Both the position numbers and the translations under genes were made by a program. A DNA stretch of 40,218 nt from Bacteroidales bacterium. Its GTDB lineage: Bacteria > Bacteroidota > Bacteroidia > Bacteroidales > VadinHA17. Position 1 is the stretch's first letter, and every line of letters starts with the position of its first letter. The notes below the pieces were generated by a model that saw only the letters and a list, made by a program, of their open reading frames with translations, was not told the origin of the DNA and searched no databases. Below, piece after piece: positions 9,492 through 18,128 of the stretch. The DNA is taken from positions 1-40,218 of the forward strand of contig JALONU010000001.1 in assembly GCA_025454775.1 (NCBI GenBank), written 5' to 3'.

Positions 9492-11275
9492 GATCAATTG
9501 CTGTATCCGGTGGCTGGAAGATCTTTTATGCTGCTTTCTCTGCAGCAACTTTTATTTTCTTCGGGGTCTCCTATGAAAACCACCTGATTCGGATGGAACA
9601 GCTCCAGTTGTTCCAGACAACGGCAATTTATTTGGCAGACAAACTGTCTGTTCAGGGTGGATTTGCAGACTATACAGGTGAATTTTTAGTGCAGTTCTTT
9701 GGTCTGCCCTTTGCGGGAGCAGTAGTTACCGGCATCATGCTCAGCCTCGTAATAATTCTGACAGGGCAGATAATAAGACTGGTAACAGCCAGGGAACCTT
9801 TAATGTTGTTTTCTTTTCTCCCCGCCGCAGGCTGGTTCTTGCTGCTGCAAAACGAATTTTATTCATTTTCGGGTGTGCCGGGTTTTCTCATTTCCCTGTT
9901 CGCTTCACGGTTCTACCTGACCCTGAAGCAACCATCAAAAAGAATTTTCGCAGGGATCTTGCTGATACCTATTGTGTACTGGCTCACAGGAGCTGCATAC
10001 ATGACATTTGTACTTGTTATTGTAATTTCAGAAATCATTTTCAGGACAAAGGCAAGAGAACTTAAACCGGTTCCCCTGGCTGTGCTTCCCGCGTACCTTG
10101 TAATCGGGATCATGGTGCCCCTTGCTGCCAGGTTCCTGATAATTGAGGACACCCTTCTGCAGGCATACATTTCAGGATCATACTTCAGGCTAAGCATTTT
10201 CTTCCCGTTTCCACTGGTGTTGATAGTGATCTCAGTTCCTTGTTTTATTCTTTTACAGGAATTTCTGCCCTTTGCACCCTTTGCGCAATCGTCTTTGCGT
10301 CCTTTGCGGTTAAATATCATATCATCCTGTGCCATAATGCTCTTTCTGATCGTCGGTATTTTGGCCTGGGGCGATTTCAGGGCTGAAGATCAGATGGAAT
10401 ACGACAACCTCGTGTACAGGGAGAAATGGAACAGGATCATTGAGAAGGCTGAGAGGGAACAACCAACTGACCGTTTGTCGATGGTCGCGGTGAACCTCGC
10501 GCTTGCAAAAACAGGGCAGCTTTCTGCCAGGATGTTCAGCCTCGGGCAGTCAGAAGACTTCCTGTTTTCTGAATATGAGCGAAGGGGGATGACTCCTTTC
10601 CTGGCAGGAGAACCTTTCTATCACCTTGGATTCATAAATTTCGCACAGATGGTTGCCTTTGAGACACTCGAGTCAACACCCGATGCGAAATTTCCTTCAC
10701 GGTCACTGATAAGGATCGCTTCAACTTACCTTATCAACGGGCAATATGATATTGCAAGGAAATACCTGGAACCTCTGAGCCATACGGTTTTCTACAGGAA
10801 ATGGGCCAGGGAATGCATCAGACTTTCATACAGGGAGGATGAAATCAGAACCCATCCTGTCTGGGCCTATATGAGAAGCCTCAGTGCTAAACATGATTTC
10901 TTTTATAATGCAGGGCAGATGGATGTGGCGCTCAGGTATTTGCTTCTTTCCAATCCGCGCAATAAAATGGCCTATGAATACCTCATGGCTTTTTACCTGC
11001 TCGACAGGGATCTGGACAGCTTCCTGAAGTACCTCCCGCTTACCAGGCAGCTGAATTATGACGGAATGCCAAAATCGTGGCAGGAGGCGGCTGCGTATAT
11101 AGCGACACGTCTGCCTGATGATCTGCCCCAGCTAGAGGGATTCAGACCAGACCAGGAAACAATAAACAGGATCAAAGCTTATGCTGATCTGTTTTCCGGG
11201 GAACCCAGGGATACTACAAGAATAAGACAGGAATACGGAGATACATACTGGTATTATCTTCATTTTGTGAAATGA
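9488..11275 (+). CDS. Module 1 membrane protein (MP1): about 9 TM helices plus a C-terminal helical-repeat (TPR-like) domain of about 290 aa; uncharacterised family
   Basis: 595 aa. Hydrophobic segments run through about residue 300, then a soluble region (NLALAKTGQL, LINGQYDIARKYLEPLSHTVFYRKWA, AYEYLMAFYLLDRDL, C-terminal TYWYYLHF). Clear paralogue of 12747..14552 and 16258..18123. From memory this resembles Bacteroidota proteins labelled DUF6057; I have not verified that. Confidence 0.8.
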   Translation: MRSIAVSGGWKIFYAAFSAATFIFFGVSYENHLIRMEQLQLFQTTAIYLADKLSVQGGFADYTGEFLVQFFGLPFAGAVVTGIMLSLVIILTGQIIRLVTAREPLMLFSFLPAAGWFLLLQNEFYSFSGVPGFLISLFASRFYLTLKQPSKRIFAGILLIPIVYWLTGAAYMTFVLVIVISEIIFRTKARELKPVPLAVLPAYLVIGIMVPLAARFLIIEDTLLQAYISGSYFRLSIFFPFPLVLIVISVPCFILLQEFLPFAPFAQSSLRPLRLNIISSCAIMLFLIVGILAWGDFRAEDQMEYDNLVYREKWNRIIEKAEREQPTDRLSMVAVNLALAKTGQLSARMFSLGQSEDFLFSEYERRGMTPFLAGEPFYHLGFINFAQMVAFETLESTPDAKFPSRSLIRIASTYLINGQYDIARKYLEPLSHTVFYRKWARECIRLSYREDEIRTHPVWAYMRSLSAKHDFFYNAGQMDVALRYLLLSNPRNKMAYEYLMAFYLLDRDLDSFLKYLPLTRQLNYDGMPKSWQEAAAYIATRLPDDLPQLEGFRPDQETINRIKAYADLFSGEPRDTTRIRQEYGDTYWYYLHFVK

Positions 11276-12744
11276 AAACTTTTAACCGCTGTTTGTTTTT
11301 TTTCTTTCTGCTTCCTTTTTCGGCTTGTAATGAGGAATACCGGTCAGTAATCACAATTAACAATTATCCTTCTATATTCCCCGATTATAAAGAGGTAACA
11401 ATACCTTATAATATAGCGCCGCTCAACTTCAGGGTTAAGGAGGAAGCAGAAAGGCTGATCGTTAAAATAAAAGGTAAAGGCCCGGAGCACGAATTCCGCT
11501 TCAGGGGGAACAAAGCCAGGTTCCATCAAAAGGATTGGGAAGGGATAATGAAAACTTCCGCAGGCAATGATCTTGAAATAACTGTAAGTGTTGGTCACCA
11601 AGATTCCCTCAAAGTCTATAAGTCATTTACAATTCATGTATCAGAGGACAAGATCGATGATTACATGGTCTACAGGCTGATTATGCCCGGATTCCAGAAC
11701 TGGAACCAGATGGGCATTTACCTGCGTGAACTGTCATCATTCAGTGAAGAGACGGTAATAAACAGCCGTCTTCTTCCGGGAACCTGCATGAACTGCCATA
11801 CCTTCCTGCATAATGATCCGCAAAATATGGTTCTTCACCTCCGGGAATCTTACGGGGGTACGATCCTGTATCACAATAATGTCCTTGAGAAGCTTAATAC
11901 AAAAGCCGGAAAGATGTTTGCAAACGCAGCATTTCCTGCATGGCATCCTTCGGCAAAGTACATAGCCTTTTCCGTGAACAGGGTCAACCAGGTATTTCAT
12001 GCCAGCGGCTCTTTCAGGGCTGCGGCCATAGACATGAAATCTGATATTTTCATATATGATATTGAAAGGAATGAGATGCTGACTTCCCCTGCGCTTTCGG
12101 CCGGAGATAACTTCGAAACATTCCCCTGCTTCTCTGCCGATGGCACGAAGTTGTTTTATTGCAGCGCCGATTCCGTTCAGATGCCACAGAAATTCCAGCA
12201 GGCAAGGTACAGCCTGTGTTCGGTATCATTTGATCCGGAAACTGGAACCATTGGAAGCAGCCCGGATACAGTGCTATCTGCGGCAGTTACCGGCAAAAGT
12301 ATGTCACTGCCGCGGGTCTCACCCAACGGCAGGTTCCTGATGTTCGTCATGGCTGACCACGGCTGCTTCCCGAGCTATAATCCTGAAGCTGATCTGTGGA
12401 TGCTCGACCTTGAGAACGGTAATTATGAGCCGTTGACCATACTGAACAGCGATAATGTGGAAAGCTGGCATTCATGGTCTTCAGACGGCCATTGGGTGGT
12501 TTTCAGCAGCCGCAGGGAAAACGGCCTTCATTCAAATCCATTCATCGCTTATATTGACAGTAATGGAAAACCTCACAAGCCATTCCTGCTCCCCCAGGAA
12601 GATCCCTCATTCTACGACAGCTTTTTGTTCTCATATAATATCCCTGAGCTGATCAAAGCTCCGGTGAAGGTCCGGCCTTACACTATCGTAAAGACTGCAA
12701 GATCGTCGCCAGCTGTACAGGTCAGCTCAGGGTCAGGACACTGA
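11272..12744 (+). CDS. Module 1 lipoprotein (LP1): N-terminal beta domain, CxxCH motif, TolB/PD40-like beta-propeller
   Basis: 490 aa. Lipobox LLPFSAC; YPSIFPDYKEVTIPYNIAPLNFR; CMNCH at 11785..11799; PD40-like blades (WHPSAKYIAFS, FSADGTKLFYCSA, VSPNGRFLMF, WSSDGHWVVFSSRR). The start overlaps the MP1 stop (ATGA). Confidence 0.8.
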   Translation: MKTFNRCLFFFFLLPFSACNEEYRSVITINNYPSIFPDYKEVTIPYNIAPLNFRVKEEAERLIVKIKGKGPEHEFRFRGNKARFHQKDWEGIMKTSAGNDLEITVSVGHQDSLKVYKSFTIHVSEDKIDDYMVYRLIMPGFQNWNQMGIYLRELSSFSEETVINSRLLPGTCMNCHTFLHNDPQNMVLHLRESYGGTILYHNNVLEKLNTKAGKMFANAAFPAWHPSAKYIAFSVNRVNQVFHASGSFRAAAIDMKSDIFIYDIERNEMLTSPALSAGDNFETFPCFSADGTKLFYCSADSVQMPQKFQQARYSLCSVSFDPETGTIGSSPDTVLSAAVTGKSMSLPRVSPNGRFLMFVMADHGCFPSYNPEADLWMLDLENGNYEPLTILNSDNVESWHSWSSDGHWVVFSSRRENGLHSNPFIAYIDSNGKPHKPFLLPQEDPSFYDSFLFSYNIPELIKAPVKVRPYTIVKTARSSPAVQVSSGSGH

Positions 12745-12746
12745 TA

Positions 12747-14552
12747 ATGAAAGAAAGGAACATGCCGGGGAAAGGAAAATATCTGACTCATAAATACATC
12801 ATTCCTGTAATATTTGTTGCAGGTTCTTTCCTCTGTTTCGGGCTGTTCCTTAGATATAATCTGTGGTTCCGGGAGCAGCTGCAGGTCTTTCTGCTAACCT
12901 TTGATCACCTGCAGGGGTACTTTACCAAACCAGCTTTCCTGGCTTCATGGATCGGGGATTTCCTGACTCAGTTCTTTCATCCCTCGTGGGGAGCTGCCAC
13001 TGTTATTTCTATAACACTGCTGATCCTCTGGCTGCTCCTTCATGTTCTTGTCAAGAAAACCGGGGGCACAAAAGTGCCATTCCTGGTCCCGCTTCTTCCG
13101 GTGATTCTCTGCTGGGCAGCCCTCACCAGTCTTGAATACCCGGTGTCAAATGTTATATCACTCTGCATAGCAATATCTTTCGTGCTTGTATATGTTTCGA
13201 TCAGGCCTGCAACCGGAAGACAGTTATTTGGCATTGTTTCCATTCCGCATGTCTACCTGACAGCCGGCAGCAGTATGTGGATATTTGCAGCGGCATTTCT
13301 TATATATGAACTCAGAGAGAAAAGGATCAAGGGATTCAAATCGCTGTTGCTGCCCCTGGTAATAGTTGCTATTGCGGTCGGTATTCCTTTGATACTCAGG
13401 TTAAAATACTTGCTTACCCCATTTCAGGCTCTGACCTGGCTTTCGGAAATGAAGAGAAACCCGGGAATCTGGGATTTCCTTCCACTTGCCGGGGTCATTA
13501 TCTCTGCATCGGTATCGATGATGGTTATATGGGATAAGGTCGCTTTTAAAAGCAATTCTCTTGTTTCGGGCTTCCTCCAGGCCCTGGTGATCGGGGCTGT
13601 TCTGGCAGGAGGGATCCTGAAAGTCTATGACAGGGATCTGGAAAAGATTCTCAGGCTCGATCGCGAAGCGGCAAACGGGAACTGGAAGAAAGTATATGAG
13701 CTCTCGGAGGAATATGAACTCCGCAATAACATCGCATCATATTTCACAAACATGGCGATGGCAAAGCTCGGCATAATGCCAGACAGTCTTATGATGCACT
13801 ACCAGCCTGCAGCCACCGGCCTTTTCATACCCGTAAATGCCAATGAGAATTATCTGACGATCACATTGAGCAACGAAGTATACTGGCATCTCGGCGATGT
13901 GAATGCCGCCCAGCATTCAGCGTACCTGGGTACAATCTTTTCTCCCAGGGCAGAGAACAGCAGGCTAATGAAAAGGCTTATTGAAATAAACATAGTTAAC
14001 GGCCAGTATGCAGTCGCGGAGAAGTATGTAAGGATACTGGAGAAGACCATGTTCCACGGGAACTGGGCTGAGGATATGCGGAAATATCTTTACAATGAGG
14101 AAGAGTGTGGCAGGTCGGAGTGGATCAGGGCAAAGAGAGCTGTCATTCCTTCCACAGACCTCCTGAAATCCGGGAATGAATATGTAAAAACACTGCGGAT
14201 GCTCGTTCAGAACAATCCGGCTAACAGGATGGCGCTTGATTACCTTCTTTGCTTTCATCTCCTCAGCAGGGATATCCCATCCTTTGAATCAGACTTTGAG
14301 AAATATTATCTTCCAGGCATGGATGCGGTTCTCCCGCGGGTATACCAGGAAGGTCTCCTTATAAACATCGCTTCCAGAAGGAAGACGCCGGCAGATTATT
14401 CCCGGTTCAGCTTCTCGCCGGAAACCGTAAGGCAGATGGCTGAATACACAAGGTTATTTGAAGAAAGCAACGGGAAAGGTTCTGTGTTAATTGAAAAGTT
14501 TGGTAAAACTTACTGGTTCTATTATCATTTTGCAAGGATGAAAGATGAATAA
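12747..14552 (+). CDS. Module 2 membrane protein (MP2), paralogue of MP1 and MP3
   Basis: 601 aa with the same architecture: GDFLTQFF near the N-terminus, IVNGQYAVAEKYVRILEKTMFHGNWA, ALDYLLCFHLLSRDI, C-terminal TYWFYYHF. Starts 2 nt after the LP1 stop. An alternative start is the MPGKGKY ATG at 12762 (compare MP3, MPGKNVK). Confidence 0.8.
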   Translation: MKERNMPGKGKYLTHKYIIPVIFVAGSFLCFGLFLRYNLWFREQLQVFLLTFDHLQGYFTKPAFLASWIGDFLTQFFHPSWGAATVISITLLILWLLLHVLVKKTGGTKVPFLVPLLPVILCWAALTSLEYPVSNVISLCIAISFVLVYVSIRPATGRQLFGIVSIPHVYLTAGSSMWIFAAAFLIYELREKRIKGFKSLLLPLVIVAIAVGIPLILRLKYLLTPFQALTWLSEMKRNPGIWDFLPLAGVIISASVSMMVIWDKVAFKSNSLVSGFLQALVIGAVLAGGILKVYDRDLEKILRLDREAANGNWKKVYELSEEYELRNNIASYFTNMAMAKLGIMPDSLMMHYQPAATGLFIPVNANENYLTITLSNEVYWHLGDVNAAQHSAYLGTIFSPRAENSRLMKRLIEINIVNGQYAVAEKYVRILEKTMFHGNWAEDMRKYLYNEEECGRSEWIRAKRAVIPSTDLLKSGNEYVKTLRMLVQNNPANRMALDYLLCFHLLSRDIPSFESDFEKYYLPGMDAVLPRVYQEGLLINIASRRKTPADYSRFSFSPETVRQMAEYTRLFEESNGKGSVLIEKFGKTYWFYYHFARMKDE

Positions 14553-14576
14553 GATTTTTAGATTGAAGTTAATCAG

Positions 14577-14732
14577 GGTGATCCTTCGCTTCGCTCAGGA
14601 TGACAATTTCTTTGTCCGGATATGGGGAGCAGGGATGCGCAAAGCTCCCAGCTTTGCGCATCCCTGCTCCCCCGTGTGTCTCCCTGGACATTCTGTCATT
14701 TCGAATGGAGCGAAGCGAAATGAGAAATCTCC
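14577..14732. repeat. Nested palindromic intergenic element A (MITE/REP-like)
   Basis: Imperfect outer inverted repeat: GGTGATCCTTCGCTTCGCTCAGGATGACA (14577..14605) versus TGTCATTTCGAATGGAGCGAAGCGAAATGAGAAATCTCC (14694..14732). It encloses a perfect 23-bp hairpin, GGGGAGCAGGGATGCGCAAAGCT (14624..14646) / AGCTTTGCGCATCCCTGCTCCCC (14650..14672), with a 3-nt loop. Same architecture as the element at 23669..23827. Confidence 0.8.
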
Positions 14733-14751
14733 TTGCTCTATTCCCAATTTC

Positions 14752-16248
14752 ATGTTAAAACGCTTTTACGCTCTTTGCGGATTTTTCTTATTCATGGGAT
14801 CTTTGATCCTGTTTTTTTCCTGCAACGGGGATCACCAGCAAATTATCCGGAATGACATTTACCCGTCTATATATCCTGATTACGCTAATGTGACAATACC
14901 TTATAATATAGCTCCGCTGAATTTTAGGCTTGAGGCTGATTGTCAGAAGGTTGAGGCTGTTTTTTCGGGCAGGAAAAGCTCCTTCACCGTCAGCGGAAAA
15001 AGAAAAATCATTATTCCCGTAACGAAATGGAAGAAAATGCTGGAGGAACACGAGGACGATTCCCTCTTAGTTTCAGTTTCTGTGTTGAATGACGGCAAAT
15101 GGAACAGGTACAGGCCATTCTGCCTGTATGTCTCTGCAGACAGGATTGATCCTTTTCTTTCGTACCGTCTTATAGAACCGGGCTATGAAGTTTATTACAA
15201 GCTGCAGATATGCCAGAGAAACCTTGAGAACTTCGACGAGAAGGTGCTCGCTGACAATAACCTGCTCGACATAGGATGCATCAACTGCCATACATATTCG
15301 TTCGCTGATCCTGAAAGATCCTTTTTCCACCTTCGGCATAAGAAGGGTGGAACAATGGTGCAGGTGAATGGAAAATTCAGGAAGATCAATACTGCTACCG
15401 ACAGCACCATTTCATCCGGAGTTTATGGCAACTGGCATCCGGGAGGAAGATATATTGCATTCTCGACCAATGTGATAATCCCGGAGTTCCATTCAATAAA
15501 CAACCTGCGCCTTGAAGTCTACGACACAGTTTCGGACGTGGTTGCCCTCGACCTCGAAAATAATGAGATCATCAGGAGCAGGCTGCTTGACGATCCTCTG
15601 AGGTTTGAGACTTTTCCGGCCTTTTCAGCTGACGGGAAGAGACTTTTCTTCTGTTCTGCCGAAGCTGTAAGCATGCCTGGGAACTACAGGCAGGCAAAAT
15701 ACAGCCTCTGCGCAATAGATTTCGATCCTTCGGCAGGAGCCTTTGGAATAAGGATAGATACTCTGGTCTCAGCGAGAGCAACGGGAAAGACGATCAGCGA
15801 ACCCAAACCTTCTCCTGACGGGAAATACATTCTCTACACATCTTTCGGTTATGGGAATTTCCCTGTCTGGCATAAAGAGGCAAACCTGCATCTACTGAGG
15901 CTTTCTGACCTGAGAGTGGATACATTGCCCCTGGTGAATTCCGATAATGCCGATTCCTATCACAGCTGGTCGTCGGACAGCCGGTGGTTCGTTTTTGCCA
16001 GCAAGCGGGGCGACGGGGTATATGGGAAACCATGGTTTTCCCATATTGACGCGAACGGCAGAACAACAAAGCCTTTCCTAATGCCCCAGAGAGATCCGGA
16101 GTTCTATGATTTCTTCATGAAATCATATAATATCCCGGAATTATCTTCCGGTCCGGCTCCGTTCACTCCGGAAGATGTCCGCAGGGCTTTTATCCAACTT
16201 GAGGCAGAACCTGTTGATGTCAATGATTATAAGACGGAAAAACCGTAG
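14752..16248 (+). CDS. Module 2 lipoprotein (LP2): CxxCH plus TolB/PD40-like propeller
   Basis: I prefer the start at 14752 (MLKRFYALCGFFLFMGSLILFFSC lipobox). The 14545 start would translate the repeat element (ILRFAQDDN...). Motifs: IYPSIYPDYANVTIPYNIAPLNFR; CINCH at 15277..15291; WHPGGRYIAFS; FSADGKRLFFCSA; PSPDGKYILY; WSSDSRWFVFASKR. Confidence 0.8.
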   Translation: MLKRFYALCGFFLFMGSLILFFSCNGDHQQIIRNDIYPSIYPDYANVTIPYNIAPLNFRLEADCQKVEAVFSGRKSSFTVSGKRKIIIPVTKWKKMLEEHEDDSLLVSVSVLNDGKWNRYRPFCLYVSADRIDPFLSYRLIEPGYEVYYKLQICQRNLENFDEKVLADNNLLDIGCINCHTYSFADPERSFFHLRHKKGGTMVQVNGKFRKINTATDSTISSGVYGNWHPGGRYIAFSTNVIIPEFHSINNLRLEVYDTVSDVVALDLENNEIIRSRLLDDPLRFETFPAFSADGKRLFFCSAEAVSMPGNYRQAKYSLCAIDFDPSAGAFGIRIDTLVSARATGKTISEPKPSPDGKYILYTSFGYGNFPVWHKEANLHLLRLSDLRVDTLPLVNSDNADSYHSWSSDSRWFVFASKRGDGVYGKPWFSHIDANGRTTKPFLMPQRDPEFYDFFMKSYNIPELSSGPAPFTPEDVRRAFIQLEAEPVDVNDYKTEKP

Positions 16249-16257
16249 ATTTGTAAT

Positions 16258-18123
16258 ATGCCCGGCAAAAATGTGAAAACGGTTGATGGCAGGCTGGCAA
16301 GAAATTCTGCTTTACTATCTGCCCTGATCTTCTTTGCAGCTGTTTTCAGCTTCTTTGCTTTTTTTTACAACAAGCACCTGCATTTCGAGGAGGAGACGCA
16401 GCTTTTCCTTACGACAGGGGATTTTTTTACGGCAAAAATGAAGCTTCCGGGGGGATTGTCGGGATACCTTGGAGGATTCCTTACCCAGTTCTATCACCTT
16501 GACCTTGCCGGCCCTTTTATTATAGCGGTACTTCTGCTCGGCATACAACAGCTTACATTGAGAATTCTGAACAGGGTGAATGTGAATCCTGCCTGGTTCC
16601 TTCTGAGCTTTCTGCCAGCTGTGAACGGGATGCTGATCCTCTGCGATGAGTTCTATCCCCTTTCCGGCATTGTCGGGATACTGGCAGCCCTTTTTGCCGG
16701 GTGGATCTACACCGGCACAGACAACCGGACAAAAAGATTTATTTCCGGTCTGCTTCTGATAGCTGTGACATATTGGATAGCAGGCGGATCCTTCCTTATG
16801 CTCGTGGGAATAATACTGGCCTGCGAGGCACTAATATTTTTTAAGGCACGAAGAAGGCTTAAGACCCGGAAAGATAATCAATCCAGCACTCTGAAGGGCT
16901 GGCAGCTCACAGTCCTTGTTGTGGTTGCGGCTGCAATACCCCTGCTGGTCAGGCAGTTCCTTGTTCTTCAGCCGCTGGGGCTGGCTTACATAACCGAATT
17001 CTACTATGATATGCGGACGGTGATCCCGACCGCCATCCCCGTGATACTTGCACTACCCGCCATCCTGATGGCACTGGTATATTTTCTTCCTGAAAATAAA
17101 GTAATGCATGGTTCGGTCATTTTTGCACAGGCAGGCATCCTGGTAATCCTATGGTATTTCGGGTTGAAGCTATGGGCGAATTTCAGCGCCGAGCAGATCA
17201 TGACTTACGATCAACTCGTCAGGAACGAGAAATGGAAAGAGGTCCTGGATTATGCAGAGAAGGAGCCTCCGAGAAATAACCTTTCACTGGCGATGCTTAA
17301 CCTTGCCCTGGCAAAGACTAACAGGATGGGAGACCAGCTTTTCAGATACGAGCAGAACGGGTTCAACGGTCTTTTCCTGCCTTTCGCAAAGGAATATGTA
17401 GCCCCGATGATGGGCAGTGAGATATTGTTCCAGCTTGGACTCATCAATGCTTCGCAGGAATACTCTTTCGAAAGCACGGAAACCACACCCAACCTCGACA
17501 AGTCGGTGAGAGCCATAAAGCGACTCGCGGAGACAAACCTCATAAACGGTCAGTACGAAGTTGCCGGAAAGTACCTGAAGATCCTGCAGAAAACGGTTTT
17601 CTACCGTAAGTGGGCAGGGGAGACGATGAAACTCCTGTATAATGAGGATCTCATAAACAGCCATCCGGTCTATGGTGCGAAAAGAAAGCTTGCCCCGAAA
17701 CGGGATTTCTTCTTCAAGATACAGAACATGGAGGAGATACTGAAACTGATGATCCGTGAGAATCCTTCCAATAACATGGCTTTCCAGTACCTGATGTCAT
17801 TCTACCTGCTGAACAAGGATCTCAGGAACTTCATGAACAGTCTCCCCATGATGAACACAATGAAATATATCAGGATACCGGTGGCATACGAAGAAGCTAT
17901 CATGTATGTAATAGGGCTCGCGACTACAAACCCGATGGCAAACACTGATTTCAGGATCAGTAATGAGACCAAGGCAAGGATGCAGGCTTATGCAGATATT
18001 TACACCACCCGAAGAGATGCGCAACAGATACTCGGTACAAGATTCGGGAATACTTTCTGGTATTACCTTCATTACAAGCAGATTGAAATAACCCCCGCCG
18101 AGGTGCAAAGAGAATACCATTGA
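16258..18123 (+). CDS. Module 3 membrane protein (MP3), paralogue of MP1 and MP2
   Basis: 621 aa. Positively charged N-terminus, about 9 TM helices, then NLALAKTNRM, LINGQYEVAGKYLKILQKTVFYRKWA, AFQYLMSFYLLNKDL and a C-terminal TFWYYLHY. Starts 9 nt after the LP2 stop. Confidence 0.8.
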   Translation: MPGKNVKTVDGRLARNSALLSALIFFAAVFSFFAFFYNKHLHFEEETQLFLTTGDFFTAKMKLPGGLSGYLGGFLTQFYHLDLAGPFIIAVLLLGIQQLTLRILNRVNVNPAWFLLSFLPAVNGMLILCDEFYPLSGIVGILAALFAGWIYTGTDNRTKRFISGLLLIAVTYWIAGGSFLMLVGIILACEALIFFKARRRLKTRKDNQSSTLKGWQLTVLVVVAAAIPLLVRQFLVLQPLGLAYITEFYYDMRTVIPTAIPVILALPAILMALVYFLPENKVMHGSVIFAQAGILVILWYFGLKLWANFSAEQIMTYDQLVRNEKWKEVLDYAEKEPPRNNLSLAMLNLALAKTNRMGDQLFRYEQNGFNGLFLPFAKEYVAPMMGSEILFQLGLINASQEYSFESTETTPNLDKSVRAIKRLAETNLINGQYEVAGKYLKILQKTVFYRKWAGETMKLLYNEDLINSHPVYGAKRKLAPKRDFFFKIQNMEEILKLMIRENPSNNMAFQYLMSFYLLNKDLRNFMNSLPMMNTMKYIRIPVAYEEAIMYVIGLATTNPMANTDFRISNETKARMQAYADIYTTRRDAQQILGTRFGNTFWYYLHYKQIEITPAEVQREYH

Positions 18124-18128
18124 CAGGA

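Noticed and set aside
11272-12744. Calling the lipoproteins 'cytochrome c' outright.
   Set aside because: One CxxCH is necessary but not sufficient. I could not identify a distal ligand or a cytochrome fold from sequence, so this stays a hypothesis in the findings rather than a feature call.
14545-14751. N-terminal extension of LP2 from the ORF-track start at 14545 (MNKIFRLKLIRVILRFAQDDNFF...).
   Set aside because: This stretch is the translation of palindromic repeat element A. The paralogues LP1 and LP3 begin directly with a lipoprotein signal, and an in-frame ATG at 14752 gives MLKRFYALCGFFLFMGSLILFFSC.
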